Origin: Eledone cirrhosa
Lineage: Eukaryota
Assembly (NCBI GenBank): GCA_964016885.1
Contig: OZ024742.1
Coordinates: forward strand, 307,334,001-307,398,000
DNA length: 64,000 bases
Direction of reading: 5' to 3'
Shown: in pieces, positions 1 to 12,180 of the stretch
How the letters are laid out: every line of letters starts with the position of its first letter
How positions within the stretch are numbered: the first letter of the stretch is position 1
The notes under the pieces: model-generated
The model's input: the letters and a program-made list of their open reading frames with translations, nothing else
Databases searched by the model: none
What the model was told of the DNA's origin: nothing
Position numbers and translations under genes: made by a program

Positions 1-371
1 CTGCACAGAAGATAGAAGGACGAGTATATAGTAAATTAGCTGCATGTTAAATGTGTTAAACATTCTTCATAGAACTATCTCCCATGTTGCAATTATGCAA
101 ATATATAAACATATTGTTGGATATGCACGATTCCCATTGGAGTTATCTGAGAAGAGACTTTTTATCTAAGTCCTGGAACTAGAATCAATGTCATCGACGA
201 AAAACTTAACTTCAAAGTTTTCATCATTGATTCTTGGAGTTTTTTGGTCGGAATGACATTTCAATCGCAAAATTACATTAGGTCAGACAGTGGTAGGCTA
301 TTGATTAATCCCGGGATAACTACTTCACTTATATAAAAGAAAGTTTGATACAAAATGAAATGTAACGTGTG

Positions 372-640
372 AAAGCGTGTGGCGTAATGATTAAGGATAT
401 TCGGCTAACTATCGTAAGGTTGTGAGTTCTTTTCCCGACAGCACGTTCAGCTCCAGAGCCAGACATTTTATTTCAGGTTGCGCCTGTAATTCATAGTGCC
501 ATTCTGAATCTCCATGAGAATTACATTAAAGGTAAAACATGCGTCAGCTGCTCACTTGATAAGAAACATGCAATAGAAGGAGGATACATACGGATCATTG
601 TTGAGGAGTTTGTAGATCAAGTATTCATTCCCATTATTAT
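372..640 (+). mobile_element. Degenerate tRNA-derived SINE
   Basis: A-box-like TGGCGTAATGATTAAG and B-box-like GAGTTC. Body motif CCATGAGAATTACATTAAAGG is shared with 3297-3320. Boundaries approximate. Confidence 0.55.
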
Positions 641-1104
641 TGGAGTCACGTGTTATACATCAACACGTCTGGACTAAAATATATCAAAACGCGGATTTGT
701 GTAAAAGAACGTAGATCCTTAATTCATAAGCAACAAATAGCCTCAATATTTTGGACCTTCAAAATCCCTAAAACTTTCTCAAGATTCAAAAGATGAATGC
801 TTACACAAGAGTTGATGACAATTTTCTTTTTCTTTCAACCTTGCTACATGGAAGGTGGGCGGTCAAACATAAACTCAAAATTCAGAGAAAAAGAACATAT
901 AGAGTCAGGTAGCCCGCCTGAGAGACACACAGATAGACATACCAGCATACACTGATTCCCATTAAGAAAAAACAATATAAGAACATTATTTCCCTTTCGT
1001 TTGGGTTTCTGAATACGTATGGCAATATACATAGATTTGTGGTCGAAATTGAGCAAATGAAAACTGTTTCAAAAACACACTTTAGATAGATTTTACCTGT
1101 AGTT

Positions 1105-1450
1105 CACAGGGCCAATCTTATCACACATTGTGACGCTGGTTCTCTATGATAACTACGTTTGTATTACACGTATAACTGGAATATTCAGGCTTTTATTTTC
1201 TAGATGCACGAGAAGGTTGTTCCATTGATCGAAAAATTGGAACCCTCTTGGTTGAAGCCGGGTCACCATCATGACGTCATGAGTTCAATTCTTGCCGGCA
1301 TCTTTTGTCCCTAAGCAAAACGCCATATTTCATGTTGCCCCAGTCCACTACATGTATGTGGAATGCTAAGCCAATTACTCGTTAATTTCCTGTACAGGAA
1401 CTTCTGTTGCCCAAACACCTGGATTACTCATAATCGGAACCGACAGAGGT
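1105..1450 (+). mobile_element. Degenerate SINE fragments (tail plus second partial copy)
   Basis: CACACATTGTGACGCT...AACTACGTT...GTTCCATTGATCGAA matches the tail of the 3103-3410 element, followed by GAGTTCAATTC...TTTCATGTTGCCCCAGTCCAC. Confidence 0.45.
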
Positions 1451-1638
1451 GTAACATGAATACACAACATAATCCCTGACCTTGTTTTAGTTCTTCCCAT
1501 CTACACTGTCTATCAGTGTCTGTTTACTTTACACATACATAGAGAAGATTCTATATATGCTGGCGTTAATAACTACATTTCTGGGGGGAAATATGGAATT
1601 TAATATGTGAGCTTAGAGAAAAGCATGTAAGCATTGCA

Positions 1639-1664
1639 GTGGTGGTGGTGGTGGTGGTGGTGGT
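1639..1664. repeat. (GGT)n microsatellite
   Basis: Direct reading. Confidence 0.9.
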
Positions 1665-1849
1665 AGTTGTAAATATAGGACAGTATCCAGTATGTTTAAT
1701 AAATGCCAAATGTAAGGATTAACAATATATCATCGATAGCAGCAAGTTTTAAACATCAAATGCAAAACCAAGAAAACCATGTTTTTACTTTGTTCTTGCT
1801 ATGAAGACTAAGTTCTGACAAGCACGCACAGTGCATACACAAAACCGAT

Positions 1850-2290
1850 TTTCTTGGCGAAGATATCCATCAGCTTACAATGTGTCTGGATGCCAAATAT
1901 CTCTCTCATGGGTAACTCTTTATCAAGATAGATGTATGTGTGATAGCTAAACAGGAAAATGCTCCTCAAGGACAAAATATCTTATCTGGTCCAAGAATCG
2001 AACCTAAGATCTGATGATCGTGAGCGAAATACCCTGACTCCTTGCCAACTCCTTGTTGTTAAATGGGAAAATGGATTAAATCAACCACTCAAGTAGGATT
2101 TGAACTCAGTGTACAAAAAGCCGAAGCACATACAACAAGGCATCGTCGAAAGCTTAAACAATTACGCCACTCCATAACTCATGTCTGCTACTTTATTTTG
2201 TCGACTGTGAAAACATGAATGGTAAAGTTGACTTTGACAAGTTTTGTGTTCAGAATGCAGAGAGCAAATGCTGCAATACATTTTGACATA
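1850..2290 (-). mobile_element. Cluster of decayed minus-strand SINE fragments
   Basis: GAATCGAACC (minus-strand B box GGTTCGATTC) near 1995. GGATTTGAACTCAG near 2096 and TTTATTTTGTCGAC...GGTAAAGTTGACTTTG near 2191 resemble the 4621 SINE family. Confidence 0.45.
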
Positions 2291-2639
2291 CTTTCAAACG
2301 ACTCTCAGTTCGCCGAAATCAGGGGAAAATTGACGTGCATTGTAAATTAATCCTTTGTTCTAATGACCCTGTCAAATTTCTGTGATCAGTGGAAAATTGG
2401 CGTGTAGTGTAAATTAACTGGTACCAGATAAATTATTTGAGTTCAAGAGATAACCATTTTTGAAAAAAGACAAGATCAACACATAAAAAAAATCAGAGAG
2501 AATTCAATAGAAATTATCTAAGTAGATTGAAATGAACGTTGAAAATTGGTCTTATTATTCACTTATGAACATGTAGCAACTGTACTTAGAAGAACTATTA
2601 GAAGAATATCGATAGTCAGACATGGCAGAACGCCTACTT

Positions 2640-2900
2640 CACACTCATATATATACACACATATACAGATAGACACACAAGACATTGACTCACACAGAAT
2701 AGTCACTTACACATACTTAGACACACGCGCACACATACAAACGCACAGGCATACAAACATGGACATCCTCTCACACTTGCATACACACACGAACCCACAT
2801 ACACAGTCATACGCCTACACATATATACACTCAAACTCACGCATACAAACGCACACATCAATACCCGGCCTACCACCAATACACATACATACATACACAT
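2640..2900. repeat. Degenerate CA/TA-rich low-complexity tract
   Basis: Direct reading; explains the H/T/Y-rich ORFs here. Confidence 0.85.
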
Positions 2901-3102
2901 ATAACTTAATTGTTGTCAGATTACACAAAAGAGAGAATATTCTCGGTGGGTAATAGAATGTATAATATATATTGTTGTATTGAAAATCGAACTCTCAAAT
3001 GACCACAGTTCCATATCCTCGTCTCAAAGACACCATTTCATTGGATAGTCTGGTTTCCCCTCAATATTCACATGAAGTAATATCGCATGTTATGCGGACT
3101 CA

Positions 3103-3410
3103 GAATGAGTAAATGGTTAAGACGTTCGCTTTGCAAATCTTAGGTCCCGGGTTCGATTCCACTGCGTGACATCTTGGGCATGTGTTATTTACCAGAGCCT
3201 CAGTTCGACCTATGACTTGTAAGCGAAATTGGTGGACTGTGTGGAAGCCCGATGGGTGGACTGCATCTATCATACACATTGTGTTACGCTAAATCCCCAT
3301 GAGAATTACGTTAAGGGCACACATGTCTGTAATGCTCAGCCACTTACACGTTAATTCTACGAGCAGACTGTTTCATTGATCGAATAATTGTAATAGTCAT
3401 CGTCGAAAAA
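3103..3410 (+). mobile_element. tRNA-derived SINE
   Basis: Perfect B box GGTTCGATTCC at 3150-3160 after A-box-like TAAATGGTTAAG, no tRNA acceptor stem, and a body shared with other local fragments. Confidence 0.65.
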
Positions 3411-3799
3411 TGACCATTGCAGGTAATCCCATCGTGTGCTGCAAAGTTGAATGTATATTAAAACCATAAAAACATCAATTCACAGGCACACCATCATCCC
3501 GAAGAACAATAGTTAAGATAATGTCAGAATATTTAATTGCATGAGCGTTAGAATATAACTATGTGGCACGGAAAAAGCAACGTTTATTGCAATGTCTGTT
3601 AATTATTTTATTTTATTAATTTTAAAATTAAGCGGGACAACTCCGGATATGTTTCTGTATGAAACGATCTCCTCTGAGGAGCATATCCTTTACTTACCCA
3701 AGCAGTGAAAAGAGGATCCTTAAGTCGATGTACCATATTTTATACTGGTCTGAGGTAAGAAATTAAAAATTCGCTCTTCTATATACAACACACAGATAT

Positions 3800-3808
3800 A
3801 CGTATATG

Positions 3809-3847
<39 letters not shown>

Positions 3848-4022
3848 CGAGGGAAAAGTGGTAAGGAACCAGGTGGACCATAACGCACCAAAGTACTCAA
3901 TACTTAGGGTAGTAGAGTGGGTAATAGGATATATATATATATATATATATATAATAAAATTAGAATTTCATTTCTCGCTCTAGCACAGCTGATACATAAA
4001 TGTAAGTATGTATACGTACGCA

Positions 4023-4115
<93 letters not shown>

Positions 4116-4145
4116 GCACACATATATACATATACATATGTACGT
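3800..4145. repeat. Cluster of (TA)n and (CA)n microsatellites
   Basis: (TA)n at ~3815-3846 and ~3929-3953; compound (CA)n(TA)n at ~4021-4140. Confidence 0.92.
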
Positions 4146-4303
4146 ATGGGTTATATCGAATATTAATAATAATATTCGATTCGTTTGTAACCAAACGGCC
4201 CGATTAAAGCTGTGCCGTGCCGATGACAAGTTGTCATCTGTTTGTTCAACACTGGAATTGAGGAACAATCAACATGTTTCTGGGTCATTATCCTTCATCC
4301 GGA

Positions 4304-4306
<3 letters not shown>

Positions 4307-4344
<38 letters not shown>

Positions 4345-4516
4345 TGTACGTATTGTATATTTACCAATATACTGTATGTTTATTTAAAAACGTATTGAAG
4401 GCTTTTCCGTATGTATTTTAAGGTAACGACAAACGTCACATACCCAGCTTCAGTAAAGGTAGGGGGAAGTAATCAACGATGCCACCGTTTCTCACTTCTT
4501 TATAGAATATATACAG

Positions 4517-4562
<46 letters not shown>
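4307..4562. repeat. (TA)n at 4307-4341 and compound (TA)n(TG)n at ~4517-4562
   Basis: Direct reading. Confidence 0.9.
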
Positions 4563-4565
<3 letters not shown>

Positions 4566-4620
4566 TCGTATCATATCAAAGCTAGAACTAAACTTATATA
4601 AAAATAATACAACTAATAAT

Positions 4621-4810
4621 TGTTTCTACTTTTGGCACAAGGCCAGCAATTATCCCAGTCCATTACTGGTACTTTATTTTATCGACCCCGTAGGGATGAA
4701 AGGCAAAGTTAACCTCGGCGGGATTTGAACTCAGAATGGCAAGGGTCGTAACTCTATGCGTCAAAGCATGGCGTCCGACCCTCTACCGATACTGCCAATC
4801 CACCACCCTA
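4621..4810 (-). mobile_element. tRNA-derived SINE, short subfamily (same as the array spacer insertion)
   Basis: Near-identical to 14230-14419; B box GAGTTCAAATCC on the minus strand. Confidence 0.85.
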
Positions 4811-4816
4811 AATAAT

Positions 4817-5035
4817 GGTTTCTTATATAAGCACAAGGCCAGCCATTTTGGGGGAGAGGAAAGTGGATTAAATCGACCACATTACGTTACTGTTGCTTTC
4901 TTTTATCCACCCCGTAAGGATGAAAAGCAAAGTCAACCTCGGCGGGATTTGAACTCAGACCGTAAAGGGCCGTAACTCTATGCTGCAAAGCATGGCGTCC
5001 GACCCTCTACCGATACTGCCAAACCAATGCTCCTA
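4817..5035 (-). mobile_element. tRNA-derived SINE, longer form, in tandem with the previous copy
   Basis: Same family with an extra ~30-bp segment (TTTGGGGGAGAGGAAAGTGGATTAAATCGAC). Confidence 0.8.
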
Positions 5036-5207
5036 AACAACGTTTTTATTGTTTCGTTTAATAAGAAGTCTAAAACATAAAGTGATATTATAAGGCACAT
5101 ATAGGAAGATTACGTCAACTGCAAAACGTGCCTGATCATGGAAATAGCCGGACCACAATGTACCGGATTTACGAGGTTCAGTCTTAATATTAAAAAAAAA
5201 AAAAATG

Positions 5208-5438
5208 TTAATCCTTTAGCATTTACATTACTCTATATTTTTTACTAATGTATTTTCTCAGTAAAGGCATTATCTCACATAATTATTTCATATAATATCG
5301 GATCTATAAAATGTTGATATTATCTATTTTAAGAACGATACCTGAACATAAGTATGAGCAGCCGTTGCGGCTAGTTTGAACCGAAAGAGGTGAGAGAATT
5401 TTGGCCGGATCTGGCCAATTTAAATGCTAAAGATTTAA
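5208..5438. mobile_element. MITE with TTAA target site (piggyBac-like, non-autonomous)
   Basis: TTAA-TCCTTTAGCATTTA ... TAAATGCTAAAGAT-TTAA; 12 of 14 TIR bases match and both ends are flanked by TTAA. Confidence 0.7.
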
Positions 5439-6212
5439 GTATGCTTTGACATTTGCTTTTAACAACGTAGTAGTTTAATTTTGTCTAAATTTCTGAGACG
5501 AGGAACAAACAGATTGTTTTTCGTTTCTTCCTCTCCTTGGTTGTTATTCTGAGCAGGTCGATCGACAATGTAATGTCTCACTCATTGGCTTATTTAGTAT
5601 AGAAATAATACAATAGAAATTACATTATTTAAGTGACATTTGTATTGTTATTAAATAGTTTTTGGTTGTTGTTCTCTAAGTTTCTTGCTCTGAAGTTAAC
5701 AGCGTGATTTTATAGAAAACGTCAAACACACATTGAAGATGGAATTAAATGGTTCAGAAGTTTGTGATATATTTAATGACGACTGTCAAGTAAATGACAG
5801 GTAGATGGTATGATAAATAAGGTAAAAAGATATCAATCATATGAAAAAATAAAAGCAAAATATGCTGAACACATTAAATAAACGAAGAGAAAATAGGAGA
5901 AACTTCACAGTACGATTAAATGTACATAAATCTCTCTCGACACAATACAATGTTGTTAATTTAAAATAAAAATATGATTTATTGTCTTAAGGAAAAACTT
6001 AAAATCGTTTATAATTGTAATGAAAATAAAGCAAAACATATTGTATGAAATATTTTGTGAAATATTTTTAATATATTAAAGTCGTCCAACATTTATATGT
6101 GCTAGTTCTCTCTGGTGCATATTCTGTCATCTCTGGTTAACCTGAAAGTTCAATTAAGTCATCATATTCTAACCTTCATAGATTAACATCCTGATAATCA
6201 TAACATCTAATA

Positions 6213-6300
6213 ACACAGACACACTCACACTGACACACAGCCACACACACACACACACACACACATACACACACACACAGACACACACGCACACGCACAC
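6213..6300. repeat. Imperfect (CA)n microsatellite
   Basis: Direct reading. Confidence 0.9.
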
Positions 6301-7230
6301 TTACTCACTTGATATCACCCCTCTCACCATTCTTCATGCAACCATCAAACATCAAGTACCATCTACACGCAAAACAAGGCAATATAGGCCAGTCATTCAC
6401 TGTATATTTGAAAAGAAATCATGAAATGATCTCCAGAAGGGACACAACCAAGAAAAAATAGCCACAGATAAATAGAAAACAGCCTTTTGACCAGTCATGA
6501 GCCTGTATATGGTCGCTCCACTTGCCACAAATAACAACCAAATCTCGCTCAAATCACACTGCCGTGTTTGATTAAAAAAAAAAATTATATATCTGATATG
6601 ATATATTCATAATGGTCATGGATTTTAGGCCTGCTCAGACCTGATCTGGGCTAAACAACAATAACAGCAATCTTCTATCTCACACTGCCTACACGTGAAC
6701 AACAAATAATTAAAACCTTAAATAAAAATGATAAAACATTACACATTCGACCGTTAACAATCAAATCTATTGATTGTAGTTAAAATACTTTACCAGCAAA
6801 ATGTTATGAATTATCTAAAACTAAGATTTTGACTAACTAACAATCACCTCAAACATAAATTAGTTTTCTATGCTATAACTCTGAGGTTATTACGTGGAAA
6901 AGGTTAGGAATAGTTTATTATAGGAAATAAATGGATTCAAAAAGGCACTCAATACATGTGTGAAAGTGACGCCCGAATGAGTATTTTTCACTTTCAACTA
7001 ACTGGATCCCGTCTGACATGATGAAGAATAAATTACCCCGGAGAACGGTGAATGCTAGCTCTCGCAGAATTTGATGATCTCCTGTGATGTCATAATATAC
7101 ATAACACACATACTGCACTCCAAATACCTAGGTCATCACTTCAGGGTGAGAAGATATTTCATTCCTGATCAGTGTTTGATAATCTACAAAACTCAGAATT
7201 AAGCTGCATTAGACTGCATATCTTTACTGT

Positions 7231-7412
<182 letters not shown>

Positions 7413-8460
7413 AGATCTTAAATAAAGATTAATTTGATTGGTAATTATCCACGCATCATTATTCTACACCCCTTGACTTCTCTACAGCTTCTAAATGGCC
7501 TCTGTTTCGCCCAACAAGCAGATCCCCACACAAATCTTTAAAAAACCCCAACAAACAAGTTAATATGCTCCTATTGAAAACTAATAGAATGCGGGACAAA
7601 TGGATTCGAGTTTATGATTCTTCTCTTTATAATCTCAGTCGGGCATGTAATACTAAAGATTTATGATAAAAGGGATATAGGATTTAATAAACCCCAGTAA
7701 TTGACTTGTTACTATTTTATCTATGGTATCTATTTTATGTTTTTATTGTAGAACAAAATCACTATATTACAAGCCTTTATTATAATGTAATAAAGTTATT
7801 TGTTCTTTTACGCTATATTATACGATAACAAAGAGTACTAGTTAGTAAACAAATTCAGATGTATCCATTTAAAACCATGAATAACTAAAATGTTTCTGTA
7901 AGTACTCAATATTTTGAATTCTATGCATTTAACATTAAAAATGTAAATTACTTGTTATTCATTAAACAATACTAGAAGGGTTTTATTGTATCCTCTCTGC
8001 AACTAGAAAACTAGCAATAATATCTGAAAAGCTAAACAATCACAAAACAAACTCATCAAACACTGCCAAACACAGAGAGATTATAAACATTTTTACCTGT
8101 GATTAAACAGAACATGGCTTAGGCAAACACTAGGGAATCGAGTTGTTGAGCATATTCGCTTCTTCAAACATTGAGACTTGTGAACAATAAATATCTTAAC
8201 CAGAATCTAATGTTTGAAAGCCAGTATTGTAAAGCCAGGTGGATTGGAATTCAATCAGAATCACGTTACACATTCTGTACGTCGAAAGGGTGGAAAATTC
8301 AACATAAAATGTAGGAAGCCTAATGCAAAACCAAAATCTATTAATATGATTAGGAAGTACATAGTGTTAACAAAAATTTAACTTCAGCTGAATTTATATA
8401 TTATTGAAGCGACTTTCCAGGCATTAACTATTATTAATGAATAGAAATACCACACATTAT

Positions 8461-8645
8461 TTGGCAGTATCGGGAGAGCGTCAGACTCCATGCGTTGCAG
8501 CATAGTGTTATGGCCCTTTACGTTCTGAGTTCAAATCCCGCCGAGGTTAATTTTGCCTTTCGTCCTTTTGGGATCGATAAAATAAAGCACTAGTAATGCA
8601 CTGGGGTAATTGCTGTCCTTGTGCCAAAAGTAGAAACACTTATTA
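8461..8645 (+). mobile_element. tRNA-derived SINE, short subfamily, 5'-eroded
   Basis: TTGGCAGTATCGG...CTGAGTTCAAATCCCGCCGAGGTTAA...GTGCCAAAAGTAGAAACA, the reverse complement of the 4621 copy. Confidence 0.82.
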
Positions 8646-10550
8646 GTTATGTGGATATGTAAGATAACCTTACGGGTGTGTGTCTTGAGTATAGTAAACT
8701 CAATCACTTTAGCTTCACCGTAGAAAAGAAATATTGTGGTTAAAATACGTATTCCTGTTTGTCTAGTCAAAAATAGAGAATAGGTAGTTTCCTCGTTTTT
8801 TTTTTGCTTTTTCATCAGTCATCACTCACTCATTTTCGTGACTATAAAGAGAATAGTAGCTTATAGCTATTAGATTGTACACACACAATATAACTACGCT
8901 GGTTTGCTTAACTTCTCAGTGTTTAATTTACTAATTAACTCACTAAAAAGCAGTCAGTTATATACAGTTGGGATGTTGTTTTTAGGAAACATATTTTCAC
9001 CTCACCGTAAGAAATAGATTCCGTGGTTAAATGATTATGATGGAACGAAGTGTTTCTCAACCGAAGAAATAAAATATGTTTGTTTATTACATGCACCCTC
9101 GTAACTTTACTTTACGTCTCTGCATTAACTGTTACTATTAAAAGTGGTCTCTGTTCCCCGCTTCACACAAAGATTAAAACTGATTTCCCTTACTGCCTCA
9201 GTCTATATCATATGTCAATTACCCTTTCCGAACTTTCTCTTATAATACCAAACATACGCGCAAGATGATGGCATATATAAAACATGTAATCACAATGCGA
9301 TGTACCAAACCACATACTACCATGGTTGAGATGTTTAAACAGGTTTACTGCTGCTATAAGCATAGGGCTTATGACACCATTTTCCCAGGTAACAGCCGCC
9401 TACTCTAACCATTACTAGATAGATGTCGAGCCTACCCCGATTTCAGACCACACTATGACTGGCCTTGAATTTTCCTTGCTGGGTTTCTAGCAACTCTCCT
9501 CACCTGACTACCCAGGTGAGGATGATGGTTTAGTCCCTGAATACCAACAATATAACTAGGTGTACTATGTTGCATGGTACCAGTATCATCTGCGACCGAC
9601 CAGCCATACACTTAGAAAATATACTTTACATCAAACTGATAAGTATTGATCGCTCATTCATGTTTGAATGTTTTATTTTGAACAGTATACTGGTAGAAAT
9701 ACAGTAAAATGTTAAGATTTTAAATAGGCAGCAGCATTCGCCACCAGTGTTTGTAATCGCCTGGGTTTATTCCTCGACTGATTTCATGAAGAACTCAGGA
9801 GGTATGTTGGTCAGTACATGATGAATGCGTTCCTTAAATTGTGTCAAAGGTTTTGGTTTGAGCTATAAATTTTTCATTCACATAGGAAAAAAATAACTTG
9901 TTAAGTCAAAGCTTCTTGTTGGCTATTCATATGGACCTCAACATCCCAGCCCAATCCCTGAATTTTCTTCCATCAGTGCATCTCTGGATCAAACAGCGTC
10001 CTTATGCTTTTCGATAAATGAGAAGAACACTTAAAGATTGTGTTTAGTTATCTGAATGTTACGGTTTTCCTGTGCTGCTCTTTAATGTTTGATAACAATC
10101 CTTAGGCTGTTCTGGGATCGTCACGGCGGGAAGGTCTTTAATAATTAGTCCATTTTATCAGGTTAATCTGGGTACGATTTCATTTGAAAAACTTTGGTCG
10201 AATTGAGGCTACAGTCAAAGACACATGTTCAAGAAGCTGAGTATTGGGGTCGAACAGGGCATCTTATTGTTAATAGATACGTGATGAAGAGTTGCTTCTC
10301 TTACCTTCTTATTATGCTGATAGCAGGTGGTAGTTTTACTGAGATAATTTAATTATAATTTAATTAAAAATAAAATATCTGTACAAAGAAAATAATTTTG
10401 AACAGTACAAATTAAAATCAGTACAAAGTATATATTCTAATTGGTATATGTGTATAAAATATCGCGACTAATTAAATATGAGCACAATATATTATAGATA
10501 GATGAGTGGATGTAGAATAGTAAAATATATATAAAAGGTGCGTTCCATTT

Positions 10551-10740
10551 ATCGCTTCTCGGCCTTTTGGCTAAGATCAAAGTGTAGTATCTGTTCTTAT
10601 CAGCTAAATATCTGATATCGTCCCTATAAGGGACCATCGATGTTAAACTGATTTTTAGAACTAGGCGAATGGTTAGCGGCTTGCTCCGCTTTTGTCACGG
10701 GTTGGCCTGGTATTGCAGTATATTCAGGATTTGGCCCATC
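10551..10740 (+). ncRNA. U2: U2 snRNA, copy 1 (diverged edge variant, possibly a pseudogene)
   Basis: Full-length U2 with branch-recognition GTGTAGTA, Sm site GATTTTTAG and loop IV ATTGCAGTA. It has 11 substitutions versus the array consensus, none in nt 1-55. Confidence 0.9.
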
Positions 10741-11543
10741 TCCTACTCGGAAGATAAAATTAATCCCAAAACAGAGTCAGTTTTTAACTATGTATGCTTC
10801 ATATTGTCATGTTATGGTATTCTGTGTTTCAATTCCTGTCCAGGTTAATACTTGACTTACGGAGTCAAGAAAAAAAGTGCCAGTAACTCACTGGATCCAT
10901 TTCACCACTTACTTTTCAATTCTTCGCCTTCTCACAGAACTACAATTATTTAAATACACAGAAACGATGCAAGTCGAAGTTCAAGCTGAACGCATGCTAA
11001 AACCGCCAATGGTTCAGAACTCTTACCTAATCTTCTCAAACCTATTCCTTACCGCCAACATAGTGGATGATATATGCACTAAAATCTGCGATCACAATGC
11101 GCACCCGGGAGACGGGATAATACAGCCTTCCAAGCAGATTTACATAGCCATTGGAAAGTTCTATACACCTGCAGTAAAGATTTCATGTAGGCAAATTATT
11201 GAAAAATCCTGTCTTTAACTTCAATGTTCAAGTGGGAATTGTAGAAGTTGGTCTAGGTTCGGATAAAGAAAGATACGTGCCGCACGAATTTCAATGAATC
11301 TTGTGTAAACCGGAAGAATGCAAATCATAGTTTCCTTTCGATCAGTATGAAAAAATGTGTGAAGTTAGATCTTGTCAGTAGTCATACATTCAAGGAACGT
11401 TTGGAAATCGGGAGAATAAAAGTAGCAGACAACATCAATCGGCTTTTAACTCACATTGCAGAAGAGGCGTATAATCTGTCAAAGATATTTTTTCTAATTT
11501 TCTGCAGATTTTCATTATTCTTTAGTCTTTATGACAATATATC

Positions 11544-11756
11544 AATTTCTTATGAGGTACAAGGCCAGCAATATAAAGGGAGAGAAAATTGGGCTAAGTT
11601 GACACCATATTGGATTTAAAAAATATTCTATCGAATCCGTAATGATGAAAAGTAAAGTTGTCATTGGCAGGTGTTGAAATCAGAACGTAGAGATCCATAA
11701 CGAAATAATGCAATATATTACATCAGACGACCTTACCGAATGAGCTAGCTTCAGCA
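11544..11756 (-). mobile_element. Old tRNA-derived SINE in the unit 1 spacer, uninterrupted (empty site)
   Basis: Collinear with the SINE at 4817-5035 (ACAAGGCCAGCAAT...GATGAAAAGTAAAGTTGTC...TTGAAATCAGAACGTA). It carries a single ATAACGAAATAAT. Confidence 0.75.
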
Positions 11757-11757
11757 T

Positions 11758-12180
11758 TCAGTATTGAGAAGAAAGGAGGTAGGTGTATAAGAGAAACTTG
11801 CTATCTTCAATTCAGTATTCGTGCCAAGCTTTACTTATGGTCATGTATGCTGGGTAATGATCGAAAGTATACTATCAAGAATACAAGGGCTCGAAATGGG
11901 ATTCCTCCGAAGGATCTTTGGAGTAACGTTACTCGATAAAGTACGTAACTCGGAGATCAGAGTGTCACTCCAGATAGATCCTCTACATCTCATAACTGAG
12001 AGTACACAGTTCTGTTAATATTGGCATGTCGTTAGAATTTCTGAGGAAAGAATCGCAGTGCAGATTTTTACAAGCAAAACGAATCGGCAGGTGACTCTGA
12101 AGTAGAGCCCGAGCAAGATGTTTGGATAACATCCATGTGCTGGGCTAGTCAGGATTGGGGATCCTGACGGCTCAGTAGGA
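11758..12180 (+). mobile_element. RTE-clade non-LTR retrotransposon 3' fragment, unit 1 (dead)
   Basis: Translates as KEVGV*EKLAIFNSVFVPSFTYGHVCWVMIESILSRIQGLEMGFLRRIFGVTLLDKVRNSEIR, matching the post-RT region of Rex3/Expander-type RTE ORFs (recalled pattern PTLTYGHELWVMTER...AAEMSFLRRVAG...DRVRSS.IR). Contains stops and a frameshift. Confidence 0.85.

Noticed and set aside
2318-2417. CRISPR-like repeat-spacer-repeat
   Set aside because: Only two degenerate repeats, eukaryotic context, no cas genes.
3103-3175. Possible tRNA gene (perfect B box GGTTCGATTCC)
   Set aside because: No acceptor stem or cloverleaf, and it runs into a repeat body, so it is a SINE head.
3640-3725. Possible hammerhead (CTGAGGA ... 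GAAA with nearby inverted repeats)
   Set aside because: I could not build stem III and an NUH cleavage site in the right order. At most a scrambled retroelement relic.
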